A stretch of 64,000 nucleotides of DNA from a virus (IMGVR_UViG_3300037193_000639:1-64000), one strand, 5' to 3'. Positions 1-9,413 are shown, counted from the stretch's first letter. The notes: generated by a model from the sequence alone, not told the origin. A program made the numbers and translations.

Positions 1-61
1 ATATTATCCTTGTGTTATTACTAATGCTATGTGGTGAGGGAATATACTATTCCACAAGTAT

Positions 62-90
62 ATTATAAGGTATGTCTTGCTGTCTGTCTA
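62..90 (-). promoter_or_regulatory. sigma70-like promoter firing leftwards out of the window
   Basis: Minus strand reads TAGACA-17 nt-TATAAT. An SD-like AAGGA followed by TAATAT lies at the window edge, so a gene probably starts just outside. Confidence 0.6.
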
Positions 91-481
91 CTTGACATTT
101 TGTGTTTAAGATTAGATGTCAAGGTTTATTGAATAACCCCTCTTTAAGCGCTTTATACAGCGGTCTGTTTCGCTACCCTTATCCCCCTACTAGACTACCT
201 CATTACGTGCTGCTATGGGGCTGTATGCACGTCTATATGGCTTTCTTGTTGTGGGGCTGTAGGGTCGTTATCGAGCAGTGTTATTATAGTTGCTTTTGTG
301 CAATGATTGTTGTGTTGCTATCGCTTGGCTGTTACAGGCGGGTTGTCGTTTGCTTATTAGTTTCATTGCGCCGCTGTCTGTTGGTTATTGTCTTGTTGTC
401 ATTGTCTAAGCGTCAATTGGTTTCCATTGTCATTCGGTCTACTGGTTTAGCAGTCCATCCGATAATGACTCTGACCCCATT

Positions 482-497
482 TGTTTCACATGAAACA
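482..497. promoter_or_regulatory. parS: parS-like site
   Basis: TGTTTCACATGAAACA is a 15/16 match to the canonical chromosomal parS TGTTTCACGTGAAACA and lies in non-coding DNA. Confidence 0.6.
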
Positions 498-746
498 TAG
501 CCGAACCTATTCCAAAAGCAACTATATTGCACTAAAGCAACACAACTGGATAGGTGTACAGTAGCGGGAGGGTGTATTGTTGCAAATGTGTTAAGAGGGT
601 GGGCGTACAGGGAACCTAGAGGTTAGACAGAGGGGGTGGTAGAGGGTTCTGTGCTGCCTAACTCATTGACCCACAAAGGTATTTATAAACTCTCTTTGTT
701 GGGCGAGGACTTATACTGTGCACTGGCATGGTGCAAACAGGTCGTC

Positions 747-782
747 TGTTGATAACCTACCTGTCCGGCCTAGTTATCCACA
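747..782. promoter_or_regulatory. inverted pair of DnaA-box-like sequences
   Basis: TGTTGATAAC (747-756, 1 mismatch) and GTTATCCACA (773-782, containing a perfect TTATCCACA). Confidence 0.4.
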
Positions 783-1029
783 ATTCAAGATGGAAGCGAT
801 TAGAGTCGTTTAGAGCGATTCTTTGTTTGGGGCGTATGCAGGTATAGGTACTGCTTAGAAGTCGCGTCCTAGAGATATTTTAAGGGCTTAGAACGTATGT
901 TTTTGGGCGGGTTTGGGCTGTTAAGCACCACTTCCGATTCAGTAGATATTTATCGCCTACCTGAAAATCACTTATCAGGAACAAGACACTTTCTGTAAAA
1001 ATTTTCTATAAAATCCAATAGAATCTACC

Positions 1030-1058
1030 TTGACACACCCTTCGATATTTTATACAAT
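1030..1058 (+). promoter_or_regulatory. sigma70 promoter of resolvase gene
   Basis: TTGACA-17 nt-TACAAT, then a GGGAGA SD before ATG 1088. Confidence 0.75.
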
Positions 1059-1087
1059 CTTCTCGTCAAATCTTTCGGGAGAACGTC

Positions 1088-1750
1088 ATGGCAAATTTAA
1101 TTTTTTACAAACGTGTGTCTACTTCAGAACAAGGTGACAGCCGTCTCGGATTGGATGCCCAACAAGCGGATCTTGAAAGATTTGCAAGAAACGGTGGACA
1201 CACAATTATCGATAGTATGGAAGAAGTTGTCAGCGGGAAATACGACCTTGATAGGCGTCCTGTACTGAAGAAAGCCCTGCAGAGGGCTGCAAAAGATGGC
1301 TGCATTGTAGTTGTGTCCAAGCTTGATCGCCTATCCCGTAAAGCATCTTTCATCTTGTCCTTGATGGACACGAAAGCCCCGTTTGCCTCTGCTGAAGATG
1401 GATTGGAATGCCCTCCCCTGCAGCTCCACGTAAGGGCTATTATTGCAGAGGATGAGCGTAGAAGGATTGGTGAGCGTACAAAAGCTGCATTAGCTCAAGT
1501 GAAAGCTCGTGGGATTAAGCTGGGAGGGATTGTTAAGAACCATGATGTCGGTATCCAAAAAGGCGCAGCCACAAATAAAGCTGAAGCTGACGCCTTTGCA
1601 GAGTTTTTGAAACCTGTTCTGAAACGTATGAGGGATGTTGGTATGAGCGTGAATCAGATTGCTCAGGAGTTGAATGAGCAAGGAACCAAAACAGCCCGTG
1701 GCGGGAAGTGGTATCCTACTACTGTGTTGAATGTGATGAGGCGGTGGTAG
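1088..1750 (+). CDS. small serine recombinase (resolvase/invertase family)
   Basis: YKRVST catalytic Ser motif, SG...RPVL, VVSKLDRLSR, ERRRIGERTKAAL helix, C-terminal IAQELN..T.RGGKW DNA-binding segment. Confidence 0.92.
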   Translation: MANLIFYKRVSTSEQGDSRLGLDAQQADLERFARNGGHTIIDSMEEVVSGKYDLDRRPVLKKALQRAAKDGCIVVVSKLDRLSRKASFILSLMDTKAPFASAEDGLECPPLQLHVRAIIAEDERRRIGERTKAALAQVKARGIKLGGIVKNHDVGIQKGAATNKAEADAFAEFLKPVLKRMRDVGMSVNQIAQELNEQGTKTARGGKWYPTTVLNVMRRW

Positions 1751-1767
1751 TTTTAATCTTCTATACC

Positions 1768-2007
1768 CTAAGCCCACCTATCATTGTCAAAATCCTCTTT
1801 AGAGAAAGGATACCTGCTGTCCCAATCTGAGAGCACACGATAGTTATGCCTTTCTTCTGGAGGAATTGAGCCTAAAGAGAGCAGAAGCTGTTTCATTCCT
1901 TCTACCTCTGCCCAATTCTCCCAACCGTCTTGCAGGAGTCTTTGTATCATGTACTTCGTTGTTTGACGGTATGCACGTACTTTATTCACTTCACCAATCC
2001 CCTCCAA
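1768..2007 (-). CDS. hypothetical phage protein
   Basis: ORF in a tightly packed minus-strand operon. Confidence 0.5.
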   Translation of the reverse strand: MEGIGEVNKVRAYRQTTKYMIQRLLQDGWENWAEVEGMKQLLLSLGSIPPEERHNYRVLSDWDSRYPFSKEDFDNDRWA

Positions 2008-2324
2008 GGAAGGTCTTGATAGCTGCTGTCTAAATCAAATTCAAATGTCTTGAAAAACAAAGCATCATCAGGGTTACTTCCAGAGCATTTCCATGTTCCC
2101 CCACACCAATAGGAATATTTAAGCTGATTATCTTCGTCGTGTACAGATGACATATCCCGCTCATACACGCCTTCATGGACGGGAGGCTCCGCAGGAGAAA
2201 ACCACTGTGTTACATGTTGCATATTCCTAGCCCTTTCAAACAATCTATTTATTCTGTCAAATGCTACTCCATCACCGGGAAGAGGGTCGCGTCCCACAAG
2301 CTTATCAAGTTTGTAATCTTTCAT
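1986..2324 (-). CDS. hypothetical phage protein
   Basis: WF...PPVHEGVYER...YSYW...WRGL pattern is common in small phage proteins; ATGA overlap with the upstream gene. Confidence 0.65.
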   Translation of the reverse strand: MKDYKLDKLVGRDPLPGDGVAFDRINRLFERARNMQHVTQWFSPAEPPVHEGVYERDMSSVHDEDNQLKYSYWCGGTWKCSGSNPDDALFFKTFEFDLDSSYQDLPWRGLVK

Positions 2325-2938
2325 AGCTTTAACCCCTCTACACCAATCCGTACCTGTTCCACAATCTCTTCCCTCGTATGCTCTACATCAAGTCCATCTT
2401 CATGGCGTTGCTTAAACCCTCTCGGAAGAGTCATCTCAACAGGAATACCTAAGGCAATTCCTGCTACACCTCCTGCAAGGTCTGCTCCTGTTTGACCGCC
2501 TGAGACGATCTTGGAGATATTTAGATGCGGAGTGGCCTGCTTCAGCACATCATAGATGTGTTGGTTCACTTGTTCTTGATTTACGTCTTGCAGGTTGAGA
2601 GTATAAATCCCATTCCCCGCAATATTTAACACAGATGGATTTATTTTGTTGCAAACACACCAAACCAATCTTGCTGCGCTGATCGTAGGGAGTTGCAACG
2701 CAATAGGTGCATACTTTTCTCCAGCAGCCTTCTTCGTCAGCCTTTCCCCTGCTGTTGTGAAGTCCACAGCAAAAGCAATTGTCAAATCTGCAACAGAAGC
2801 ATTATGGTACGTCCTTGGAGCGTAGCTGCTTGACTTATGTTCTGTAATAGTCAGTAGATCAGTAAACATAGTCATCCCTAAACTCAGACAAGTGAATTTC
2901 ATTAACAAACGCACAACACTCCCTTGCACCCTGCTCAT
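2321..2938 (-). CDS. circularly permuted YpsA-like SLOG protein (true start probably ~2875/2869)
   Basis: YAPRT..N...ADLT and LNIAGN precede IVSGGQTGADLAG, the reverse of the usual order. Confidence 0.7.
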   Translation of the reverse strand: MSRVQGSVVRLLMKFTCLSLGMTMFTDLLTITEHKSSSYAPRTYHNASVADLTIAFAVDFTTAGERLTKKAAGEKYAPIALQLPTISAARLVWCVCNKINPSVLNIAGNGIYTLNLQDVNQEQVNQHIYDVLKQATPHLNISKIVSGGQTGADLAGGVAGIALGIPVEMTLPRGFKQRHEDGLDVEHTREEIVEQVRIGVEGLKL

Positions 2939-2983
2939 TGCAGACGGCTGTCAGGACCCACCAAGGGATGATGTTATTCCAGC

Positions 2984-3259
2984 TCACTGTTTTTCCTCTG
3001 TTCGTTTACATTCAGATTGTAACATTGCTTCACGAAAATTTTCTAGCTCTTTAATCAACGTGTCAATCTTATTTAAGCGTTCTTGAAGTTTTGTTGGCAC
3101 GTATCCAAATTCTAGTGAAATCTTCCTGCTGCAGTCAGAGATAGAAAAACAAGCATCAACCCAATCACCAGCGTATTGGTAAATGTAAGCTTCAAATGCA
3201 GCCAAGCCTTCCTGATCATTCAGAAAACCACGTTTATAGTATACTTCAGTCTCATTCAT
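2984..3259 (-). CDS. hypothetical phage protein
   Basis: Operon packing; RGFLN...ISDCSRKISLEF. Confidence 0.6.
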   Translation of the reverse strand: MNETEVYYKRGFLNDQEGLAAFEAYIYQYAGDWVDACFSISDCSRKISLEFGYVPTKLQERLNKIDTLIKELENFREAMLQSECKRTEEKQ

Positions 3260-3449
3260 CTGTTTTCTCCCAATTAGTTGAATTCTTTTTCACAACCCCA
3301 CTATACGAAGATTCATCTGAGGATGGGGAGCCGTTCCGGCTCCATTTATCATAAACTTTACACAGCAACCAGAAGGCAAGAAGCAAGATACCTCCTGCAA
3401 CCCACCCTCCAAGCCCTAGTGCAAGAGCTGTTAATTGTGCGGAAGACAT
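3252..3449 (-). CDS. small membrane protein
   Basis: N-terminal hydrophobic helix; GAGGA SD. Confidence 0.5.
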   Translation of the reverse strand: MSSAQLTALALGLGGWVAGGILLLAFWLLCKVYDKWSRNGSPSSDESSYSGVVKKNSTNWEKTDE

Positions 3450-3650
3450 TTATTCCTCTCCTAAGTACAGAATGCCTTGTGAATCGTAGTAATACCAAGT
3501 ACCTGAGTTTTGCTCTAAGTCAAGCTCCTTCCACCTAACAGATGGGTCCCAAGATCGAGCGTAATACTCTAGCACTTCTACTTTAGTATCGTCTGGGAAT
3601 TGTTGCAAGAACTCGATTAATTCTTTTGTTGTGCACATTATAATTTCCAA
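3450..3650 (-). CDS. hypothetical phage protein
   Basis: TKELIEFLQQFPDD..V pattern typical of small phage proteins. Confidence 0.6.
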   Translation of the reverse strand: MEIIMCTTKELIEFLQQFPDDTKVEVLEYYARSWDPSVRWKELDLEQNSGTWYYYDSQGILYLGEE

Positions 3651-3844
3651 TTATATTTAGGGTCTGGAACAAAACAAATAGCAATTTTGCAATCATACCC
3701 CATCCACCCTCTTCCCTCTGGTTTTGGATAACCGATACCTTCATAAGCTTTCACGAGCCACCCACCTTCAATTTTTGCCCTGAAAACATGGTCGTCAACC
3801 TTTTCCCACTTCAATTCCACTGCTTTATCCACAACCACTTTCAT
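3638..3844 (-). CDS. hypothetical phage protein
   Basis: RAKIEGGWLV...FVPDP..W pattern. Confidence 0.6.
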   Translation of the reverse strand: MKVVVDKAVELKWEKVDDHVFRAKIEGGWLVKAYEGIGYPKPEGRGWMGYDCKIAICFVPDPKYNWKL

Positions 3845-3890
3845 CCACTTCTGTTTAAATACTAATTACAAACCACTGTTACAGTTTCTT

Positions 3891-4085
3891 TTATGTTATC
3901 TCTATGTAATGCTCTTGTATTTCTTGATGTATAGGGTTATAACACCTAACTCTTTTCACTCTTTCCAACCAAACCCACCTATCCGTGTTCCAGCAGAACA
4001 CCGGAAGGAATGCAAAGATTGTTTCGATCCCTTCTCTAGATCTTTCCCGCTCTTCACGTTCAATTTGTGTTCTGCCAAGTTTCAT
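3891..4085 (-). CDS. hypothetical phage protein
   Basis: FAFLPV...WVWLERV pattern. Confidence 0.55.
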   Translation of the reverse strand: MKLGRTQIEREERERSREGIETIFAFLPVFCWNTDRWVWLERVKRVRCYNPIHQEIQEHYIEIT

Positions 4086-4294
4086 TCCGTTTCCTTTTCC
4101 GGCTCAGGCAACTTACTCACCATAATTGCAAAGTCTGTCAAAGTTTTCTTCGCATCATCAAACTGGCGCATGGCTTCAGTCATTTTCCGACATGCTTCTG
4201 TGATGCTTGAGCGGAAGTTATAACCTGCTCCAAGGTTTATTTCATCACCTACTTACAACTCTTAATTTTCCGAATTTACTGCCAATTTCAATCA

Positions 4295-5599
4295 TTAAGC
4301 AGCGTCCTCTGTGTCTACACTTTCAGCCAAGCCTTCCATGCACCTGAAGTGAAATGCTTTACTTTTTAGGAAGTATGGCTGCATATTACCTGTTTCGATC
4401 CGAAGAATGATGCCCTCTCCGGGATGGCTTGGATCAATGTAATCTGCACTCATACCGGGATAATTCTCTGTCAGGTGTTCAACTTCAGACATCAGTGCTT
4501 CAAGGTTTCCATTGTAGATCATTGGAGGACGTACTTCAAACGTAGGATTGATCCCACGCTCCTTGCACCATTGTTCCAACTGCGGTTGTGTAAAGTCCAC
4601 ATTCTCACCTTCTTCTGTCAGGTAGGTGATACGGTATACGTGGAAGCGGTACTCATGCTCTGCACAGCCGTACTTGTAGACAATTTGTTTGCCATACTTC
4701 TTCACAAAGTCTTTGTTCTTTGTTGCGTCACCTGAATGCACAGCCATAATCGGCTTACCGTTTGCATACCCTGCAATCTCACCGTAGATTGTCATGCCCT
4801 TCTTCATGTGCGGCTTTAGCATTTCAGCCACTTCGAAACGGAAAGCCTCAGAGCCGTGGAAACCTTCTTTCTCAGGGGTCGTCAATACCACATTACGAGT
4901 GCCTACAACATGATCCCATACGTACTCCGGGAAGACAGGTACTACCTTGTTTACAAGCTGCTTCCACTTCGGAAGTTCTTTGAATACCTTTGTGTAGCTG
5001 TTCCGATGAGATGTACCATGCACCTTCGCGTGGAAGTAGATCAGAGCACCGACAGGGATCATTGCAGCGTTGTGTTTGAACTGTGCACTGTCTTGATGCT
5101 TTTCGAAGTAGGGTGTTTCAGCTCTCTTCTTTTGTTTCGGACGATTTTGTTTTGCGATTGCGTCCCGTGTGGCTTGGGAAACATACTTGCAGCAGATCAC
5201 ATTTCCTTCAATGTTGTCAAACTCTGTCCCTAGTTGTACATATTTTGCACGAGACATTTCATCGTGTGTGTACACTAGGTAGGACAAACTCTCAAGTGGC
5301 ATGAAAAGACCCTCGCTGCGCACCTTAAGGAACGGCTGTGCACGTACGCGCCGATTCTCTTCGAAGAAGCCTGTCTTCTCAGGATTCTTGTTCAGGTGTG
5401 CTTTGCGGAACAGATTATTCTCATGGCAATATTCTTCTGACAGTTGAACATCTACTGGGAAGAATACACCCACAGACCCTTCTACCACATCTTTGCTTAC
5501 GATGACACGTTCACCGAGAACGATTGCAATGTGAATCTTGTCAGCACCGAGAATGGGAATTGTTTGTGTTACTTTTGCGATGATTGCTTTATGACTCAT
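4295..5599 (-). CDS. ATP-dependent RNA ligase (Rnl2/DRB0094-like, N-terminal OB-type domain)
   Basis: Ligase motifs KVHGT, YGEIAG, FHVY, GEGIILR, LKSK; N-terminal IPILGADKI...RVRAQ..SEGL. Confidence 0.8.
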   Translation of the reverse strand: MSHKAIIAKVTQTIPILGADKIHIAIVLGERVIVSKDVVEGSVGVFFPVDVQLSEEYCHENNLFRKAHLNKNPEKTGFFEENRRVRAQPFLKVRSEGLFMPLESLSYLVYTHDEMSRAKYVQLGTEFDNIEGNVICCKYVSQATRDAIAKQNRPKQKKRAETPYFEKHQDSAQFKHNAAMIPVGALIYFHAKVHGTSHRNSYTKVFKELPKWKQLVNKVVPVFPEYVWDHVVGTRNVVLTTPEKEGFHGSEAFRFEVAEMLKPHMKKGMTIYGEIAGYANGKPIMAVHSGDATKNKDFVKKYGKQIVYKYGCAEHEYRFHVYRITYLTEEGENVDFTQPQLEQWCKERGINPTFEVRPPMIYNGNLEALMSEVEHLTENYPGMSADYIDPSHPGEGIILRIETGNMQPYFLKSKAFHFRCMEGLAESVDTEDAA

Positions 5600-6141
5600 T
5601 GCTGCTCCTTAAATTTCTTTCTAGCTTCTTCAAACGAAATTGGCGTGTAGTTGATTTGTTCGACGCTGACACAGAGGTATCGTGGGTCGTATGTATCACC
5701 ATACTCCCTGTGCCAATCAATGTATTCTACCCTACTACTATGCAAATGCCCGTGAATATTTCCACCACACCATCTAGCCAAGCTTTTAGGGTGAATTGGA
5801 ATATGCGTCAAGATATAGTTATCAAGCTTATGGCTTCCACGGACATCTTTGAAATACGGTGTGTACTCCTCAAGCCGGAAGATATCGTGGTTCCCACGAA
5901 TGAGAACTTTTTCACCGTTCAGCCTGCCACAAATTTGCAGAGCTTTCCGATTAATCACAACATCCCCGAGATGATACACCTTATCCTTTGGCCCTACCAC
6001 TTTGTTCCAGTTTGCTACAAGAGCCTCATCCATCTCTTCCACATTACCCCAAGGACGGAGTTTTGAGCCGTCATTGTTGAGGAATTGTGTGACGCCTTTG
6101 TGTCCGAAATGTGTATCGGAAATCAGGAAAACGTTCGACAT
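5596..6141 (-). CDS. calcineurin-like metallophosphoesterase
   Basis: SDTHFGH, HLGD, GNHD, THIP, HGHLH. Confidence 0.9.
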   Translation of the reverse strand: MSNVFLISDTHFGHKGVTQFLNNDGSKLRPWGNVEEMDEALVANWNKVVGPKDKVYHLGDVVINRKALQICGRLNGEKVLIRGNHDIFRLEEYTPYFKDVRGSHKLDNYILTHIPIHPKSLARWCGGNIHGHLHSSRVEYIDWHREYGDTYDPRYLCVSVEQINYTPISFEEARKKFKEQQ

Positions 6142-6377
6142 TAGTGAATCTTTCTAGAGTTTTGTTTACAAACGAACCTAATCATCTTCCAAGCAAGGAA
6201 GAAAAGCAACACGAAAATATTTATGATCGGTATGATCGCATAGAAGCATACTAGATAAAAATCTTTCCAATAGTGTACCTCCACAAACTCACTCATGCGC
6301 TTGCTGTAGATTGCAGAGATTGCCAAACCAATTAAAATGCAACCCGAAATGAAAGAGATGCCTAAAAGTAATTCCAT
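6141..6377 (-). CDS. small membrane protein
   Basis: Two hydrophobic segments. Confidence 0.55.
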   Translation of the reverse strand: MELLLGISFISGCILIGLAISAIYSKRMSEFVEVHYWKDFYLVCFYAIIPIINIFVLLFFLAWKMIRFVCKQNSRKIH

Positions 6378-6387
6378 ATCTAACTCA

Positions 6388-6585
6388 TTAACTTACTACT
6401 TGACGTTTTACCTCATATCCACCGATACCTACCACGGATACTACAGTATCAAGCATTTCGATAGTAGCTGCGTCTTTGACGGCAGTAATGTTGGCGTTGT
6501 AGTCCTTTGCAGCAGCTACAGCCAAGCTCATCATAGAGCCGTCATGGCCGTTCACGAAACCTACATAGTTTTTCATTTGTTGCAT
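6388..6585 (-). CDS. hypothetical protein
   Basis: AGGAG SD; operon context. Confidence 0.55.
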   Translation of the reverse strand: MQQMKNYVGFVNGHDGSMMSLAVAAAKDYNANITAVKDAATIEMLDTVVSVVGIGGYEVKRQVVS

Positions 6586-6697
6586 TTGTTTCTCCTAGAG
6601 AATGGATTGTTTAATACTTCTCATTAGTGAGAAGTTTACTGCTTTAAGTTGATACCAGAATTCTATAGCAAGCATTTGCACATTGCAAGTAATTTCT

Positions 6698-6738
6698 GTA
6701 AAAGAAAAGCCCTGTCGCATCTCTGCAAACAGGGCTTG
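6698..6738 (-). terminator. rho-independent terminator
   Basis: AAGCCCTGT...ACAGGGCTT stem with an A-run on the left, downstream of the ClpP-like gene. Confidence 0.65.
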
Positions 6739-6749
6739 TAAGGCATACT

Positions 6750-7421
6750 TTACACAATTGCTTGAACTTCTACTGCCGTAGCTTTCTTAACGCGAGGTTT
6801 ACGAACAGGCTTCATTGCAGCCTCTTCTTTAGCTTTGAAGTATTCGTTGCGTTTGTTGTAGCGATCCAAGAATTGAGCCGGGTCAAGCCACAAATCAACA
6901 CCTTTAAGCAAGTCTTCCATTTCAGCATCAGTTAGGAATCCGGTGTAAGTGTTTCGCAACACTTTTTCCATATGCTTCAAAGTATACGCGGATTCAGCTT
7001 TGAAATCAGAGTATTTCCCGCCAGAACCGCACCCACCGTTGTGGATCAGGAAGTTTGAGTTTTCAGAAAGTACAAACTCATCGGCATTTAGCAAAATGAT
7101 TGTTCCAGCAGAGTGCACACCGCCTGAAGCCTTTACAATTACCCGCCCGTCACATTGGTGCATTGCTTGCAGGAGCGTGTCTGTTGCATCAATAGATCCG
7201 CCATTGGTTTGTAGGTTGATGACGACAACATCGTTCTCTGTTGCTGCTGAGAGCACTTCCACAGCCCCCACAAATTGTTGAGGTGATTCAATAGTACCAT
7301 ACAGATAAATATTGTAGATACCTGCACGGACTGGGGAATAGGTGATAGGGAACTCATCAAACTCTGTGAATGGGTATCCTGCTCGTTTTGTGTTCAGTGT
7401 ATTTAGTTTTACTTCATTCAT
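6750..7421 (-). CDS. ClpP-like protease
   Basis: IYLYGTI, LQTNGGS, VHSAGTII (Ser), FLIHN (His), GVDLWL. Confidence 0.8.
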   Translation of the reverse strand: MNEVKLNTLNTKRAGYPFTEFDEFPITYSPVRAGIYNIYLYGTIESPQQFVGAVEVLSAATENDVVVINLQTNGGSIDATDTLLQAMHQCDGRVIVKASGGVHSAGTIILLNADEFVLSENSNFLIHNGGCGSGGKYSDFKAESAYTLKHMEKVLRNTYTGFLTDAEMEDLLKGVDLWLDPAQFLDRYNKRNEYFKAKEEAAMKPVRKPRVKKATAVEVQAIV

Positions 7422-7430
7422 ATGATCTCC

Positions 7431-8159
7431 TCATTTACCATGTTTGGCAGAGTACTCTTCACCCTGTTCATTGAGTTTTTGAATCATCTTTTCTCGATAC
7501 GCACATGCCATTGCGAAAGCTGGAAGTAACCCAAACCTTGTTACCGAGAAACATTTCGTGCACTGCCTTTGCTCTATTCCTTCTTGCCATCGCGCCACGG
7601 CATACAAGGTCTTACCAGACTTGGTGGTGCTCCACACCACGCCCGTAAATCCGCTGGAGTTGGTGACTTTCTTTCCTTTGTTATGGGCCTGTTTGTGGTA
7701 TGTCTCCCATCTTATATTTCCTTTTACATACCCTACATCGTTATCTATTCGTCCTACGCTATAACGTTTTCCGTCTGCAGGTTTCGGGCCGAGGTGTTCA
7801 TAAAAAGCATCCATACTCTCCACAAATTCTTGATCGATTGTCAACCCTCTTCCTCCATACTCAGGATAAAGCTTGCAAGTTGGATCAAGGATTCTCCGTT
7901 TGATGAGGTTCCACACTGAGTAATCTTTTGTGTTAGCATAGCCGTGTTTTAAACTTTGTTTTCCTGCGACATCTCTTGCATAGCAGCCACAAGATTTTGT
8001 TTGCCCACTCGTGATAGCATACGCCTCTCGCTCAATGGTGTTCCCACACTCACATTGAAACAGCCACAACAAGCTGTTTTTGTAATTTTTGTTTCCAGTT
8101 TTATGGAGGGCAGTAAGTCTGTTAAACTTTTGTCCAGCGATTTCAACTATCTTGCTCAT
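7431..8159 (-). CDS. free-standing HNH/AP2-type homing endonuclease
   Basis: GQKFNRLT, CECG, SCGC, YGGRG, RIDNDVGY..GNIRW, NSSGFTGV. Confidence 0.85.
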   Translation of the reverse strand: MSKIVEIAGQKFNRLTALHKTGNKNYKNSLLWLFQCECGNTIEREAYAITSGQTKSCGCYARDVAGKQSLKHGYANTKDYSVWNLIKRRILDPTCKLYPEYGGRGLTIDQEFVESMDAFYEHLGPKPADGKRYSVGRIDNDVGYVKGNIRWETYHKQAHNKGKKVTNSSGFTGVVWSTTKSGKTLYAVARWQEGIEQRQCTKCFSVTRFGLLPAFAMACAYREKMIQKLNEQGEEYSAKHGK

Positions 8160-8935
8160 GCGTTATCAAAAACCTTAATCCAAAACTTTGTAAGACCAGA
8201 CCGAACACAGTCATCGTTTGTGAAGACAACTGTGCCGATGTTTGTAAAAGCTTGATTCATATCTTCCGTGTCAAGGTAGTTTGGGCGTGAACGTTTAACA
8301 TCATCTAGTAGGCTGTACATCCACTTCAAACCACTCTCCCCTTTCAAGTCAACCTGCTTCCAATCTCCACAAAAAATGAGTTGAGAATCTTCTTCAGCAC
8401 GGGTAAGTAGTGCTTTCATGCTTGATACGTCTAGGTTCTGGCTTTCGTCAACAATTACAACGGATCGTTTATAGGAGCGTCCACGACAATCTTCTGCGCT
8501 CTCTAGAATGAGTTTTTCATTCTCAAGCATATAATTAATCTCGCCGCGCCCTAGTACAAGTGTTAGGTCATCCAACATAGTTTGCATCAAAGGCTTCAAC
8601 TTTTCGAACTGAGAACCTTTTTTAAAACCCACAGTTTTCCCAAGAGGTTCCGCAGGCCGGATTAGAACAATCTGGTCAACATTTCCCTTCAGATATTCGT
8701 TTGCGGCATGTGTACATGCAAGGTACGTCTTTCCTACCCCTGCAGCGCCCCCTAGTACAACCATTTGCTTTGTTCTAAGGTGGTCTAAGGCTAAGGATTG
8801 GTTTTGATTCTTTGCTTCAATGTGGAGTGCTTTCCTCACTCGGGATTCTTGGAATTTTATTGGTTTTACAGGAGCATCAGCAACCTCTTTTATAATTTTG
8901 CGCTGATTACGAGCGGCATTCTTACTCATTGTCAC
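8156..8935 (-). CDS. phoH: PhoH-family ATPase
   Basis: GAAGVGKT, RGRS, IVDESQN, LTR, GDWKQVD. Confidence 0.92.
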   Translation of the reverse strand: MTMSKNAARNQRKIIKEVADAPVKPIKFQESRVRKALHIEAKNQNQSLALDHLRTKQMVVLGGAAGVGKTYLACTHAANEYLKGNVDQIVLIRPAEPLGKTVGFKKGSQFEKLKPLMQTMLDDLTLVLGRGEINYMLENEKLILESAEDCRGRSYKRSVVIVDESQNLDVSSMKALLTRAEEDSQLIFCGDWKQVDLKGESGLKWMYSLLDDVKRSRPNYLDTEDMNQAFTNIGTVVFTNDDCVRSGLTKFWIKVFDNA

Positions 8936-9155
8936 CTCTTTCTTATTTATTACTTAAACAACGTCCTTTTGCAGCAGTGCTGCCGTCTTCCTTTTTTCTT
9001 CTAGACGCTTCCTCCCCCACGATGCTAAAATCATTTGTTCAAAAGATGCCTTATCGGGAATATCCCCTGTCCAGAAACATTCTAGGCAGGCTTCCAAGTA
9101 AGCAACACGAGCTTCAGCTTCAAGCACTCGTGTCTTTAATTCTGCAACATGAGAC

Positions 9156-9413
9156 TTAGACATTTTCTTGTTCAGCCTTTTGACGAGCCTTTTCTGCCCT
9201 TGCTTTACGTGCAATTGCCATAATCTCTGAGCGAGTAAGCTTTGGAGTTTCATTCTCATCTACTTCACGGACAAGATGACACTCATACTGGAAGCCAGCA
9301 ACAGGCATTCGTTCTTCGTCAAACTCCCAACCAACTGAAAGGGCTTCTGCCAACTCAAGGTTGTATACGATGAAAGACGGGGTGACGATCCATTTATACT
9401 GTTTCATATTCAA
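9156..9413 (-). CDS. hypothetical protein
   Basis: ORF with a basic C-terminus in the operon. Confidence 0.5.
   Translation of the reverse strand: MNMKQYKWIVTPSFIVYNLELAEALSVGWEFDEERMPVAGFQYECHLVREVDENETPKLTRSEIMAIARKARAEKARQKAEQENV

Noticed and set aside
102-500. 132-aa plus-strand ORF
   Set aside because: Cys/Leu/Val-rich product of a TG-rich tract, no SD, overlaps regulatory motifs; probably non-coding.
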